A stretch of DNA of 64,000 bases, from positions 13,000-76,999 of IMG/VR virus record IMGVR_UViG_3300045973_000169. One strand, written 5' to 3'. Below the pieces are notes generated by a model that saw only the letters and a list, made by a program, of their open reading frames with translations, was not told the origin of the DNA and did not search any database. How positions within the stretch are numbered: the stretch's first letter is position 1; each line of letters starts with the position of its first letter. This document shows positions 10,040 to 18,788 of this stretch, piece after piece. This stretch comes from a virus. The position numbers were made by a program, and so were the translations under genes.

Positions 10040-10357
10040 ATGCTCATGGTATTCTATGTTGGATTCGGAACTGGCATATTGTTTTATATCATTAAACTTG
10101 TCATGTTCTTTATTAGTACCCGTGGTTGGTTAAACTGGCTATGGAGATTAGCTCATCGTAATGGATTAGCTTTATTCATATTCGACTTTATATTCGGATT
10201 GATAATCTCTAGTGCCATACACACTGCTGGAGCCGAAGGGTTAACTACCCTATTTGTATTTATCGGCTTCACTGTAAGCTCATGTTTTTACGTTATCACA
10301 CACCTTAGTTGTCGAAAGGGAAAGGAGTTAGCATGCGCATTTGGCCGTTCGTATTAA
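10040..10357 (+). CDS. multi-pass membrane protein (105 aa)
   Basis: RBS gaggtggtatatcATG; three hydrophobic segments. Confidence 0.55.
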   Translation: MLMVFYVGFGTGILFYIIKLVMFFISTRGWLNWLWRLAHRNGLALFIFDFIFGLIISSAIHTAGAEGLTTLFVFIGFTVSSCFYVITHLSCRKGKELACAFGRSY

Positions 10358-10539
10358 TGATGACAATGTGCATACTCTTCTTTGGTGTAATGTTCTTTGC
10401 ATTCTATAAGTTTATCATCCTCTTAATCGGGGCTGCTTGCTTTGCATGTGCAATGTTCGTAACACTTAAGGTCTGTATCCCATTTGTCAATTGGTGCTAT
10501 GGTTTGAAACACAGAATTAAAGATTGTACTGGTAGATAG
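10333..10539 (+). CDS. membrane protein (68 aa)
   Basis: RBS gaaagggaaaggagttagcATG; two TM helices. Confidence 0.45.
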   Translation: MRIWPFVLMMTMCILFFGVMFFAFYKFIILLIGAACFACAMFVTLKVCIPFVNWCYGLKHRIKDCTGR

Positions 10540-10720
10540 CGTTCGCGGACTGCCATCCTGAGAGATAGAGACTCTAAGTGCCAACTCAAAAAGGCATGTA
10601 CAGTTTCTTTGGCTGATATACGTGAACATACGCTAAATGATCCTATATTACGACTCTTGCCTGACTGGTCATCGGGTAAAAGCATATTTAGAGGATTAGT
10701 TCTACCAGTGCATTAAATAA

Positions 10721-10807
10721 GCCTCTATGGTGGAATTGGTAGACACAAGGGACTTAAAATCCCTCGACAGTAATGTCGTCCCAGTTCGACTCTGGGTAGG
10801 GGCACCA
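10721..10807 (+). tRNA. tRNA-Leu (anticodon TAA), class II with encoded CCA
   Basis: Hand-folded cloverleaf: acceptor GCCTCTA/TAGGGGC, D-arm, anticodon stem AGGGA/TCCCT with loop CTTAAAA, variable stem CGAC/GTCG, T-arm CCCAG-TTCGACT-CTGGG, then ACCA. Confidence 0.85.
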
Positions 10808-10829
10808 CTCTTACACGAAAGGAGATACA

Positions 10830-11033
10830 ATGAAACTGCCTAACATGACTAAGTTAAAAGACATCAAAGGGGAACCTATGTATGTTAATGCTGACAGGGT
10901 TACTTCAGTTACTCTTGATGCAACGGGTACGAACACTGTCATCTGTCTTGATGGCAATGTCCAAGGCTTTTATGTCAAGGGTACGCCCGACGAAGTTGTT
11001 GCACTCATCGACGCTGCACATATCATCTCGTAG
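10830..11033 (+). CDS. hypothetical protein (67 aa)
   Basis: RBS gaaaggagatacaATG. Confidence 0.5.
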   Translation: MKLPNMTKLKDIKGEPMYVNADRVTSVTLDATGTNTVICLDGNVQGFYVKGTPDEVVALIDAAHIIS

Positions 11034-11061
11034 TATAAACTCGCTTGAAAGGAGAATTACC

Positions 11062-11436
11062 ATGAACAAGAAAGAACAGGATGCATTCCTCCTTGCCTAC
11101 AATGGCAGGACATTCGAACAACTGACTGAAGCAAAGAAATCCGATTTCAGCGGAAAAGAAGACATCTACTTCGATATCATGAAAGCTAAGGGAGCTGATA
11201 AACCTGCTGGTGCATCTACACTTATCGTCATGGGCCTGAAAAAGAAAGTCATCGACGGTGTTGTCGAATCCATCACCGGTCTCAAAGCAACTGGCGCTCA
11301 GGCTATCATCGAGTCTGATGCCGAGAAAGAAAAGAACGCCCTGCTGGAAGGTATCGCTGAAGCAACCAAAGACATGCCGCAACCTGCTGTAGCTGCCATG
11401 CTCAAAGCTTTGAACGATGCCAAACAGCACCCGTAA
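11062..11436 (+). CDS. hypothetical abundant protein (124 aa)
   Basis: RBS aaaggagaattaccATG, with start moved from the track's 10882; high-expression codon bias. Confidence 0.6.
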   Translation: MNKKEQDAFLLAYNGRTFEQLTEAKKSDFSGKEDIYFDIMKAKGADKPAGASTLIVMGLKKKVIDGVVESITGLKATGAQAIIESDAEKEKNALLEGIAEATKDMPQPAVAAMLKALNDAKQHP

Positions 11437-11445
11437 CAATCCGCA

Positions 11446-11490
11446 AACCATGGAGGTTAGGTGTTAGTTTTGAATCTAACCTTCATGGTT
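11446..11490 (+). terminator. 15-bp hairpin after gene 11062-11436
   Basis: AACCATGGAGGTTAG pairs with CTAACCTTCATGGTT (one G-U), loop 15 nt; no clear T-tract. Confidence 0.45.
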
Positions 11491-11551
11491 GTAGTACACT
11501 TGAGGAACATATATTCTTCAGTGCATATTATATTACGAAAAGGAGCTTCAA

Positions 11552-11665
11552 ATGTTTACCACAAAAACTTATTCCCGTCAAAAGCTTAAACAGTGTCGTA
11601 CTAAGATAGTATTACTCCTCGCAAGAAATCCTCGAACGTATAGTTCTGGAAGTGTCTCATCGTGA
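11552..11665 (+). CDS. possible small ORF (37 aa)
   Basis: Strong RBS aaaaggagcttcaaATG, but it lies in an AT-rich iteron region. Confidence 0.25.
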   Translation: MFTTKTYSRQKLKQCRTKIVLLLARNPRTYSSGSVSS

Positions 11666-12056
11666 TGTACATTCCTTGTATGTTTACTATTACTAAATTT
11701 TTTAGTTAAATTGTTAGATCCGACTCTTGTAAAAAGTTAGCCTTTTAATTTTGACATTTTTTGGAAACTTAATCAAATCAATAGCTTGTGTTAATTACGC
11801 AGAGATAGTATATTTAGTATCACTAAAAACTTCTATATGCGTATAACATGAGTATGATTGTATTTCTAATAGAAACTTATACCGTAACTTATTGATATTG
11901 TTAAATAAAGGGGGAATATGCATAAATTGTACAGTCACTGTTCTATTAATGTCTATTTCAAGTTGTCTCTATTTAGACTATAAACTTATTCCCAACTTAT
12001 CCAAACTTATACTCATCTCACTCCACTATAATCACTTCTCTACAGAAACTTATTCC
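11565..12056. repeat. dispersed AACTTATTCC / AACTTAT(A/C)C iterons (at least 7 copies)
   Basis: AAACTTATTCC at 11565, 11982 and 12046; variants at 11873, 11885, 11994 and 12003; all within an AT-rich 675-bp intergenic region. Confidence 0.5.
11786..11814 (+). promoter_or_regulatory. sigma70-like promoter candidate
   Basis: TTGTGT, 17-nt spacer, TATATT; a second TTGACA lies at 11751. Confidence 0.3.
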
Positions 12057-12166
12057 TTTCCTCGTCCTTACCCATCTAACTTAGTGTTATTGTTCGGAGT
12101 TATCTTCCCACTGTATATAGGTGTTATTGTTTGGTGTTTAATCTATTATTTAAAAGGTGGTATTGT

Positions 12167-12469
12167 ATGAAAAAGGTTATATTTGAAGAAGAAGTTAGTG
12201 ATACTGTTAAGTTTAATGATTGTAATATTCGTTCTCGGCCTATTGGAGTCCAAGTAGGTAATAAGAAATATTTTACTACTGATGCTGATATGAAAGATTC
12301 TGCTTATCAGTTAGTTGATCTTGATGAGAATTTTAAATTCGTCCTTGGTTCTTGTGTTAGAGGTCAGGATACTCAAAGCTTCCTTAAGGATATTAAGATT
12401 AAGTTTCCTCTTTGTCTTATTTATGAGTTTAATTCTTCTCGTGAATTGCTTGTTTGGTTACTTAAATAA
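12167..12469 (+). CDS. hypothetical protein (100 aa)
   Basis: RBS taaaaggtggtattgtATG; track start at 12131 replaced. Confidence 0.55.
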   Translation: MKKVIFEEEVSDTVKFNDCNIRSRPIGVQVGNKKYFTTDADMKDSAYQLVDLDENFKFVLGSCVRGQDTQSFLKDIKIKFPLCLIYEFNSSRELLVWLLK

Positions 12470-12481
12470 AAGGGGTGTTAT

Positions 12482-12682
12482 ATGTTCTGGTTATTAGTTT
12501 GGTTTACTCTTGGTGTTATACCTTGGTTCTATGATATTAAGAAACATAAGGTTCTTGTTATAGGGGATATATTGTCTTTTATAATATGTGCGGCTTTCGG
12601 TCTCTTTGGTTTTATTTGGTTTGTTGTTCTCCTTAGTCGTGATGATAAGGTTTGTCTTGACAATCCATTTTATAAAAGGTGA
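12482..12682 (+). CDS. small membrane protein (66 aa)
   Basis: Two TM helices. Confidence 0.5.
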   Translation: MFWLLVWFTLGVIPWFYDIKKHKVLVIGDILSFIICAAFGLFGFIWFVVLLSRDDKVCLDNPFYKR

Positions 12683-12685
12683 CCT

Positions 12686-12910
12686 ATGTTCCCTATTCTT
12701 ATGAGCCTTGTTCTCTGGTATATTATAGGAGTTGTATTATCCTTGTATACATTCTCAATCAATGATTGTTCTGATAAGTATATTGACCCTGTTGTTTTTA
12801 TACTTGCTTTACTTGGACCTTTTGTTATTGGGATGGTGTTCTTTGCTTTACTTGAACGTTATTTAAATCGTGTTAAAATTAAGAATCCATTTTGTAAAAG
12901 GAGATGGTAG
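12686..12910 (+). CDS. small membrane protein (74 aa)
   Basis: Two TM helices. Confidence 0.5.
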   Translation: MFPILMSLVLWYIIGVVLSLYTFSINDCSDKYIDPVVFILALLGPFVIGMVFFALLERYLNRVKIKNPFCKRRW

Positions 12911-13311
12911 TGGAAAGACCTGAATTAATTAAGCATGGTGAGTCTTTCATTAAGTCAATGGAAGAGTTAGTTACTCATTACCTTGGGGCTGTTGAGCTTG
13001 GTATATCAAAGAATAATTATACTATTAAGTTTGGTAAACCCTGTTTATTGTGTAATCCTCTTGATTGTGATGAGAGTTATCATTCTGTAGTTGCTCCACC
13101 TTTTGATCATATGGCTAGCTGTGTTGCTCTTGGTTGTCCTTGGATAGTTATGACAGGTTTGACCTGTGATGGTTATTATAAGACATTAAGTAATCCTAGT
13201 GTTACATACTTAGGGCCTATTTATCATTCAACTGATAAAGCATATCAGATGTTTCGTGTTATCCAGTTACGTGAATGGATAGCTGCATATAAAAAATACT
13301 TTGGAGTGTAA
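12904..13311 (+). CDS. Cys-rich paralog family member 1 (135 aa)
   Basis: PCLLCNPLDCDE...CVALGCPWIVMTGLTCDGYY shares CxLC..C..CPW(V/I)(M/I)TG..C with ORFs at 14009, 16997 and 46356. Confidence 0.6.
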   Translation: MVVERPELIKHGESFIKSMEELVTHYLGAVELGISKNNYTIKFGKPCLLCNPLDCDESYHSVVAPPFDHMASCVALGCPWIVMTGLTCDGYYKTLSNPSVTYLGPIYHSTDKAYQMFRVIQLREWIAAYKKYFGV

Positions 13312-13320
13312 GGAGCTTGT

Positions 13321-13533
13321 ATGGATTTAGTATATGAGCTTGATCGTATTATATTCATCATTAACCGTGATGGACCTGATGAAGGTAAGAAGTTTGCTAA
13401 ACGTATAACTAAAATATATCTTGATACATGTAAGGGATTTCGTAAGAAGTTTCATTCAAGATATCATCCTATGCGTTATGCATATATTCAATCAGCTTGG
13501 TCAGCCAGGTATATATTAAGAGAGATGTTGTGA
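13321..13533 (+). CDS. hypothetical protein (70 aa)
   Basis: ORF with RBS-like ggagcttgtATG. Confidence 0.5.
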   Translation: MDLVYELDRIIFIINRDGPDEGKKFAKRITKIYLDTCKGFRKKFHSRYHPMRYAYIQSAWSARYILREML

Positions 13534-13608
13534 AGTGTAAGAAGTGTCATTCTGTCCTTGATGGTAAGTGGTGTTGGAGCTGTATGAAATTTGAATGGGA
13601 GATATAAT

Positions 13609-13815
13609 ATGTCATTTAATGTCTTTAAACCAGTTCGTAAAAATGTTGATCCTAAGCTTTGGATAGAGTGGAAGAAGTTGAGAGACATTGAGCAGAAGAT
13701 GAGACAGAGTATTATTACTCTTGATGCTATTAAGGAAGATACATGTGATTTTGAAGTTGCATGTGATTCTGTTGTTGAGTTGATGAATAAACTATCTAAA
13801 AGGATGGGTTCATAA
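13609..13815 (+). CDS. hypothetical protein (68 aa)
   Basis: ATG after gggagatataat; the track ORF used an upstream TTG. Confidence 0.45.
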   Translation: MSFNVFKPVRKNVDPKLWIEWKKLRDIEQKMRQSIITLDAIKEDTCDFEVACDSVVELMNKLSKRMGS

Positions 13816-13816
13816 T

Positions 13817-13996
13817 ATGGCTATTATCTGTAATTGCAGGAAGTGTGGTACGCTTGTTGAGATAGCTGAGTTTATTGATACTAAGGCTGGTGTTAAGGAT
13901 TTAGTTAAAGCTACTTGTCATGGTGAGACTCAACCTTTATCAGTTACTGGACATCGTAATCTTGATGGATCTGATGTTGTTTTAAATTTCTTTTAA
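13817..13996 (+). CDS. small Cys-containing protein (59 aa)
   Basis: MAIICNCRKCGTLVEIAEF...CHGE; below the track's cutoff; the ORF exactly fills a gap. Confidence 0.4.
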   Translation: MAIICNCRKCGTLVEIAEFIDTKAGVKDLVKATCHGETQPLSVTGHRNLDGSDVVLNFF

Positions 13997-14008
13997 GAAA
14001 GGTGGAAT

Positions 14009-14350
14009 ATGACTACTAAAGAAAAGATCAATATAGAAAAGATAATTGAAGCTCTCTTATTGTTACGTTCGTATTATGAACGTTCTATTAAAGGCAATGT
14101 ATCATATGCTCTCTATCTTTATGGTAATGATCTTGAATGTCCATTGTGCGATGCTATGTGTGACATTTATGGTTATATAAACTGTAAGCAATGCCCTTGG
14201 GCAGTTATGACTGGCTTGCCTTGTTGTGAATTATCGGATGGTCCTTCAAAGAATCTTTTTACTCGTATAAGTAATGATCCTGATGTTAAGCAAGCTCGTA
14301 TTAATGAAATTGATGAATGGATTGAGTTTTACTCAAATCTAACTAATTAA
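14009..14350 (+). CDS. Cys-rich paralog family member 2 (113 aa)
   Basis: LECPLCDAMCDIYGYINCKQCPWAVMTGLPCCE. Confidence 0.6.
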   Translation: MTTKEKINIEKIIEALLLLRSYYERSIKGNVSYALYLYGNDLECPLCDAMCDIYGYINCKQCPWAVMTGLPCCELSDGPSKNLFTRISNDPDVKQARINEIDEWIEFYSNLTN

Positions 14351-14371
14351 TTAAGAAAGGAGAAGCATAGT

Positions 14372-15619
14372 ATGGCTAAGTTTATCCGTTTCAATGGTTG
14401 GGACAAAAGAGATTTAGAATGTATGTATGCTAATCCTGGTTATAGTAGTGGTATGGCTGATACTTATAGTGAAAGTGATAAAGATTTACATTATGAGTAT
14501 GATCCAAGTAAGAAGAAAGCTATACCTGCTGTTGAGCTTGAAGAGAGATTTAAAATTATCATTGATTCAACTGTTGTCTGTATGCTTGGTGTTGCTAAAC
14601 AAATGACTCATAAATCTGTTTGTATTATATATGGCAGAGATATGTATCCTGTTTGTGAAGTTATCCGAGTGTTAGGATATAAGTTAAGAGGGACTTATAT
14701 CTATATTGAAGGTGCTTCAAGATATACTTCTTCTGAAGAAGTTTTCAGGAAAAGATTTGCTGATGAGTTCAGTCCTATTTTTGAAAAGGCTGATAAGGTT
14801 ATTGGCTTTGATACTGGTTATCAAGGTACAATTCCAAGTAATATGATTAGAAAGAATCCTCATATTGCTAAATCAGTTAAAGATAAACATGTAATAAGGC
14901 TGATGGCTGCTACATCTGATCCTAAAGAGCATTGTATCTTTAGGGATTATATAGACACAGATAGCCAGTATCATTGGAAAAATGTAGTTAGTTATCTTGA
15001 AGACTTTTATAAGCCTATTACAAGGCCGACTAGAGTCTATAAGAATATGCCTATTCTGAATGTTGCTGATAAAGAATCTATTGAGAAAACATATGCTCTC
15101 TTGGGTTTAATAGCAGCTAAATGTAAAGAATTAGAGCCTATACTGTCTTATCTTCTGCATCCAGAAATTGATATAGTTGATGAATTACTTTCCTTAAAGA
15201 AAAAAGTTGAAGTTAAGCTGGAAGAAAAGAAAGAAGAAGCTAAAACTGATATTGATCCATTATTTAAACCAGGGGTTAAGGTTAAACTAAAAGAATCATC
15301 TAAATATTATGACCAATATAAAAAATATGGTGATCATTCTTTTGGTGTTATTCAAGAAGATTCTTGTGATACGTCTTGGGTTGAAGTTAAATGGCCTATA
15401 GATAATCAGGAGTTTTGTTATCCAAAAGAAGATCTTATCATTGTAAATGGATTTGCTGTTGGTGATAAGATTAAGCCTAAAGCTAATGCCCCTTATTTAA
15501 TGATTGTTGGTTCATGGAGAGGAGAGGTTATTGGCGTAGATAGTGATATGTGCTCTGATAAACTTCAAGTAAGTGGTGGATATTTTGTTGATGAAGATTT
15601 TTTTGAATTAGATATTTAA
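14372..15619 (+). CDS. hypothetical protein (415 aa)
   Basis: Long ORF with RBS aaaggagaagcatagtATG. Confidence 0.7.
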   Translation: MAKFIRFNGWDKRDLECMYANPGYSSGMADTYSESDKDLHYEYDPSKKKAIPAVELEERFKIIIDSTVVCMLGVAKQMTHKSVCIIYGRDMYPVCEVIRVLGYKLRGTYIYIEGASRYTSSEEVFRKRFADEFSPIFEKADKVIGFDTGYQGTIPSNMIRKNPHIAKSVKDKHVIRLMAATSDPKEHCIFRDYIDTDSQYHWKNVVSYLEDFYKPITRPTRVYKNMPILNVADKESIEKTYALLGLIAAKCKELEPILSYLLHPEIDIVDELLSLKKKVEVKLEEKKEEAKTDIDPLFKPGVKVKLKESSKYYDQYKKYGDHSFGVIQEDSCDTSWVEVKWPIDNQEFCYPKEDLIIVNGFAVGDKIKPKANAPYLMIVGSWRGEVIGVDSDMCSDKLQVSGGYFVDEDFFELDI

Positions 15620-15994
15620 GCAAAGGAGCTTAGTAAATGAAAACGCATGGCTTGTAACTGTAACGGAATGTGGAATATATAACGATTAGTCATCTTATAT
15701 AGGAAACATAGGATTGCAGTATAAAGATCTTGTCTAATTTGATTAGCGGTGTGATGGCCGAAGGGTAAGATGTGGAAGAGAGCGATACTCTCCTATGAGG
15801 GCTTATATATTATTAGACAATATACATCATTAGGATTCCTGTAATTTGATCAATTGTGGGGCCTAGACAAACATATATGGATGTAGAGCGATATGCTCGT
15901 AGCTTAGGCTATTAGACAGCATGCAGATACCGTATATGGACTAACTCTGTCTTAGAGAATTGGTGACATAAACTCTAAGTAAAAATAAAAAATG

Positions 15995-16022
15995 TTGACA
16001 ATTAAACTGAAAGGTAGATACT
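15995..16022 (+). promoter_or_regulatory. sigma70-like promoter candidate with A-rich UP element
   Basis: aaaaataaaaaatgTTGACA, 16-nt spacer, GATACT; sits inside a 600-bp non-coding region. Confidence 0.3.
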
Positions 16023-16227
16023 GTCATGAATTCAGACTCTTCGTAGCTTGAGATTGTAACTTTATTTTATACTTATATGATTATACTATTGGATATATTA
16101 TTGGAAGAATTAGGAGATTATAGGAGCTAGCATACCTTCTTAGATATCGACGGATATCAGTATGCTATATAGAGTAAAGTACATATTGTGTATTTTATTG
16201 TGTATATCAAATTGAAAGGATATTATC

Positions 16228-16602
16228 ATGGCTTATACGTTATCTCAGATTGAAAATGAAATTTTAGTTTCAATTAAAGCAAAGATTCCATCGTTGTTAG
16301 GTATAGTTAGTAAGGATAGATATCAAGAGAAGATTGATAAAGCTGCTAATATAATAGAGGTTCTTATTGCACATATAAGAAAACTCGATAGAAACATTGC
16401 TTTATTAGAACTTGATAAGAAATATAGTTTATCTAAACAAAAATCTAAAGTTAAGTCTGATTCTGCTGAACGAGCATTTGATAATGATGTTCGTAAGGAA
16501 TGGGCTAAACGAGTAGTTCGTGATATGCCTAAATTAACAACTGAAAATGTATTAAATCTTGTACGCTCTGCTTATATAGAGGGTTATAAGAAAGGAGAAT
16601 AA
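16228..16602 (+). CDS. hypothetical protein (124 aa)
   Basis: RBS gaaaggatattatcATG. Confidence 0.6.
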   Translation: MAYTLSQIENEILVSIKAKIPSLLGIVSKDRYQEKIDKAANIIEVLIAHIRKLDRNIALLELDKKYSLSKQKSKVKSDSAERAFDNDVRKEWAKRVVRDMPKLTTENVLNLVRSAYIEGYKKGE

Positions 16603-16603
16603 T

Positions 16604-16798
16604 ATGCTTGAATTTATACTTGGGTTAGCATTTCTTGTAGCTCTAGGATGTATTGCATTTGGACTGTTTGCATTTTATCATAACTTCTCTTCATTTTGTA
16701 ACTGGGGTATGGTATTGCTAATAACAATTGGTATCATAATTATATTCATTGACACTGTTCATAGTCTTGGAGTTATCGTATTAAAGGTCTTTGGATAG
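16604..16798 (+). CDS. small membrane protein (64 aa)
   Basis: Two TM helices. Confidence 0.5.
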   Translation: MLEFILGLAFLVALGCIAFGLFAFYHNFSSFCNWGMVLLITIGIIIIFIDTVHSLGVIVLKVFG

Positions 16799-16799
16799 T

Positions 16800-16985
16800 A
16801 TGTCTGAATTTGCCATGAAGTATTTAGCATTCGTTATTATGTTATTGATTGGGGTTGAATGCTCTGTAATGAATACAAAAGATAAGGATGCATTACAATC
16901 AGTTATATCGTTTGTTGCATTAATAGTTTATGTTGTTATTTATATCATAAAGAAAGGTGTTATTGTTTGGCACCTATTTAGCTAA
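16800..16985 (+). CDS. small membrane protein (61 aa)
   Basis: ATG at 16800; two TM helices. Confidence 0.5.
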   Translation: MSEFAMKYLAFVIMLLIGVECSVMNTKDKDALQSVISFVALIVYVVIYIIKKGVIVWHLFS

Positions 16986-16996
16986 GGAGAATAAAC

Positions 16997-17323
16997 ATGT
17001 CAAAGCAAGTAACAAAAGAGATGTATTATGCTATGGTAGATCTTCTAGCATGGTATAAAGATGGTGTTAGTCTCAAAGATAAATATGGGGCTGAATGTCC
17101 ATTGTGTTGTGCTTCTTCTCCTGGATGTACTAAATGTGCATGGATGATCTTTGAAGGTAAAGATTGTTTTGATTGGGAAGAAGAGATGGGTTTTGGTGAA
17201 GATGCAATTGTCCGTGCTCGTATAGCACCTGATCTTTGTGAATCTAATCTTGTTAAACTCAGGATAGAAATGCTTGAACGTTGGTGTAAGGAAAGTAAAA
17301 TAATGCTTGGAGACCAGGTATGA
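16997..17323 (+). CDS. Cys-rich paralog family member 3 (108 aa)
   Basis: ECPLCCASSPGCTKCAWMIFEGKDC. Confidence 0.6.
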   Translation: MSKQVTKEMYYAMVDLLAWYKDGVSLKDKYGAECPLCCASSPGCTKCAWMIFEGKDCFDWEEEMGFGEDAIVRARIAPDLCESNLVKLRIEMLERWCKESKIMLGDQV

Positions 17324-17431
17324 CAATATCAATGGTTTGTATCATTGGGGCTATTCTTGTGTCTGTCAATGGGAAAAGAGGCTGGGGATGGTTATTATTC
17401 TTTGCTTTTCTTTTTTCAGGAGTGAAGTAAT

Positions 17432-17605
17432 ATGACCAATGAAATGATTAAGCATTATGTTGAACATGTGCTAATAGGTGATATATCTCAGTTAGATGAG
17501 ATGGAAGCTACATTAGCAGGTAAGGTTGTACAAGCTTTTATAATACGAGTAGATGAGATCAGAACCAAACATGCTAACAGGGCATTAAGGGTTAAGAAAG
17601 GATAG
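17432..17605 (+). CDS. hypothetical small protein (57 aa)
   Basis: RBS caggagtgaagtaatATG; below the track's cutoff. Confidence 0.35.
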   Translation: MTNEMIKHYVEHVLIGDISQLDEMEATLAGKVVQAFIIRVDEIRTKHANRALRVKKG

Positions 17606-17608
17606 TAT

Positions 17609-17821
17609 ATGTTACATCATGTTCGAGGAGTCTATTTAAATGGACAATTTGAAGACAGTAAGGTTAAGAGTGAAGATTTAGCAAATCATCTCTACTATGA
17701 TATCCATTTCAGACCTGGTAGAGCTTTGTTTCTTGATGGTAAATGTCTTCACAAAGGACATCTTGAAATGTCTAGATGTATGGATATTCAGAATGCTCTT
17801 GTAGTTTCGTTACAACAATGA
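17609..17821 (+). CDS. hypothetical protein (70 aa)
   Basis: ORF with RBS gaaaggatagtatATG. Confidence 0.5.
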   Translation: MLHHVRGVYLNGQFEDSKVKSEDLANHLYYDIHFRPGRALFLDGKCLHKGHLEMSRCMDIQNALVVSLQQ

Positions 17822-17827
17822 GTAATT

Positions 17828-17912
17828 GGGGTTGTAGCGGATCGGCCTTCTAAGCCGTGCACATAACACCGTAATGGATCGCATGCTGGTTCGAATCCAG
17901 TCAGCCCCTCCA
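17828..17912 (+). tRNA. tRNA gene, 85 nt, anticodon uncertain (possibly TCT, Arg)
   Basis: Acceptor GGGGTTG/CAGCCCC, T-arm GCTGG-TTCGAAT-CCAGT and encoded CCA are clear; a stem-loop TCGGC-CTTCTAA-GCCGT would place anticodon TCT; the D-arm and variable region could not be folded by eye. Confidence 0.55.
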
Positions 17913-18254
17913 TTATTCATTTGAATGTAAAATTGAATGACAATTAGCACATAGTAAAATGCATTTATCTAGTTCTTCGTTTATTGAACTTTGTGATCTT
18001 AAACGCAGCTTACCCCAATCAAAATCTTTTTGAGAAGGGTTTGTATGATGGAATTGCATTGCAGCATAGTGATATTCATTATTACAATGATTACATTTAG
18101 ATCCAAGATAAATAATTGCATCTTTTTTACGTTGGATCCATCGCTCAATGCAGTAAGCATTAAAACAAGTTTTACAATAAGTTTGTAACTTAGTGCCTTT
18201 AGTATAGAATTCTGATTTATTTTTTTCTGTGTTACATTTTGAGCATGTTTTCAT
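17913..18254 (-). CDS. HNH homing endonuclease (113 aa)
   Basis: CxxC...AAMQFHHTNPSQKDFDW...LLCANCHSILH; the only minus-strand gene, sitting between tRNA genes. Confidence 0.8.
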   Translation of the reverse strand: MKTCSKCNTEKNKSEFYTKGTKLQTYCKTCFNAYCIERWIQRKKDAIIYLGSKCNHCNNEYHYAAMQFHHTNPSQKDFDWGKLRLRSQSSINEELDKCILLCANCHSILHSNE

Positions 18255-18323
18255 ATATGTCTCCTTATTTGTTAATAACTAGATTAGAATTAAAGTGTCT
18301 ATCCAGTCAGGCGCACCAAATTT

Positions 18324-18398
18324 GGGTCTCTCTTCCAGTGTGCAGGAAGATCCGCTCATAACGGATTAAGTAGAGTTCGATTCTCTAGGGACCCACCA
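18324..18398 (+). tRNA. tRNA-Met/Ile2 (anticodon CAT), 75 nt with CCA
   Basis: Full cloverleaf folded: acceptor GGGTCTC/GGGACCC, D TTCC-AGTGTGCA-GGAA, anticodon ATCCG-CTCATAA-CGGAT, T TAGAG-TTCGATT-CTCTA. Confidence 0.85.
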
Positions 18399-18463
18399 TG
18401 GGATTAGTAGAAAATTGGTAAATCGGGGTGAGCCCATGAGGGTAACCTGTCACTGTCTAACAG

Positions 18464-18531
18464 GGATAAATGAGTAGTTTTAAATAATGAAAATCTATTC
18501 GTTGTAGGTTCGAGTCCTACCTATCTCACCA
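18464..18531 (+). ncRNA. tRNA-like element with canonical T-arm/acceptor 3' end but no foldable 5' half
   Basis: GTAGG-TTCGAGT-CCTAC then CTATCTC-A-CCA; the 5' side is AT-rich and pairs only 6/7 in the acceptor, with no D-arm. Confidence 0.3.
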
Positions 18532-18545
18532 ATAAAAGGAGACGT

Positions 18546-18788
18546 ATGGCAACAAAAGAATTATATATAGTTATTGTGAATGGAGGAGATGGGAGTTATT
18601 CTTCTCAATATACATTCAATAAAGAGTTCATAGATAAAATGGAAAAGATGGAAGCTGAAAGTGATCCTGATTTTGATTATGAAAGTTATTCTGATGGTGA
18701 TGGTTTCCACTATGATGTGTTAACTGTTCCTGAAGAATGTACTCTTGAATCACTTGGGGTCACTTATGATTTTGCAAAGGATTGGTAA
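18546..18788 (+). CDS. acidic small protein (80 aa)
   Basis: RBS aaaggagacgtATG. Confidence 0.55.
   Translation: MATKELYIVIVNGGDGSYSSQYTFNKEFIDKMEKMEAESDPDFDYESYSDGDGFHYDVLTVPEECTLESLGVTYDFAKDW

Noticed and set aside
8420-12056. CRISPR array hypothesis for the short direct repeats
   Set aside because: The repeats are 7-12 nt, irregularly spaced, and differ between clusters. There is no repeat-spacer periodicity and no cas genes.
11892-12170. 92-aa ORF (ATG at 11918 with RBS aaagggggaatATG) running through the AACTTATTCC iterons
   Set aside because: Its peptide is a translation of the DNA repeats (KLIP/NLSK/TETY) and it overlaps the next gene's start. It may be real but is more likely non-coding regulatory DNA. 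Not listed as a feature.
13530-13608. 26-codon GTG-initiated mini-ORF VKCKKCHSVLDGKWCWSCMKFEWEI with two CxxC pairs
   Set aside because: It is attractive as a zinc-ribbon micro-protein but is too short and has a non-ATG start. It is not listed, though it may be real.
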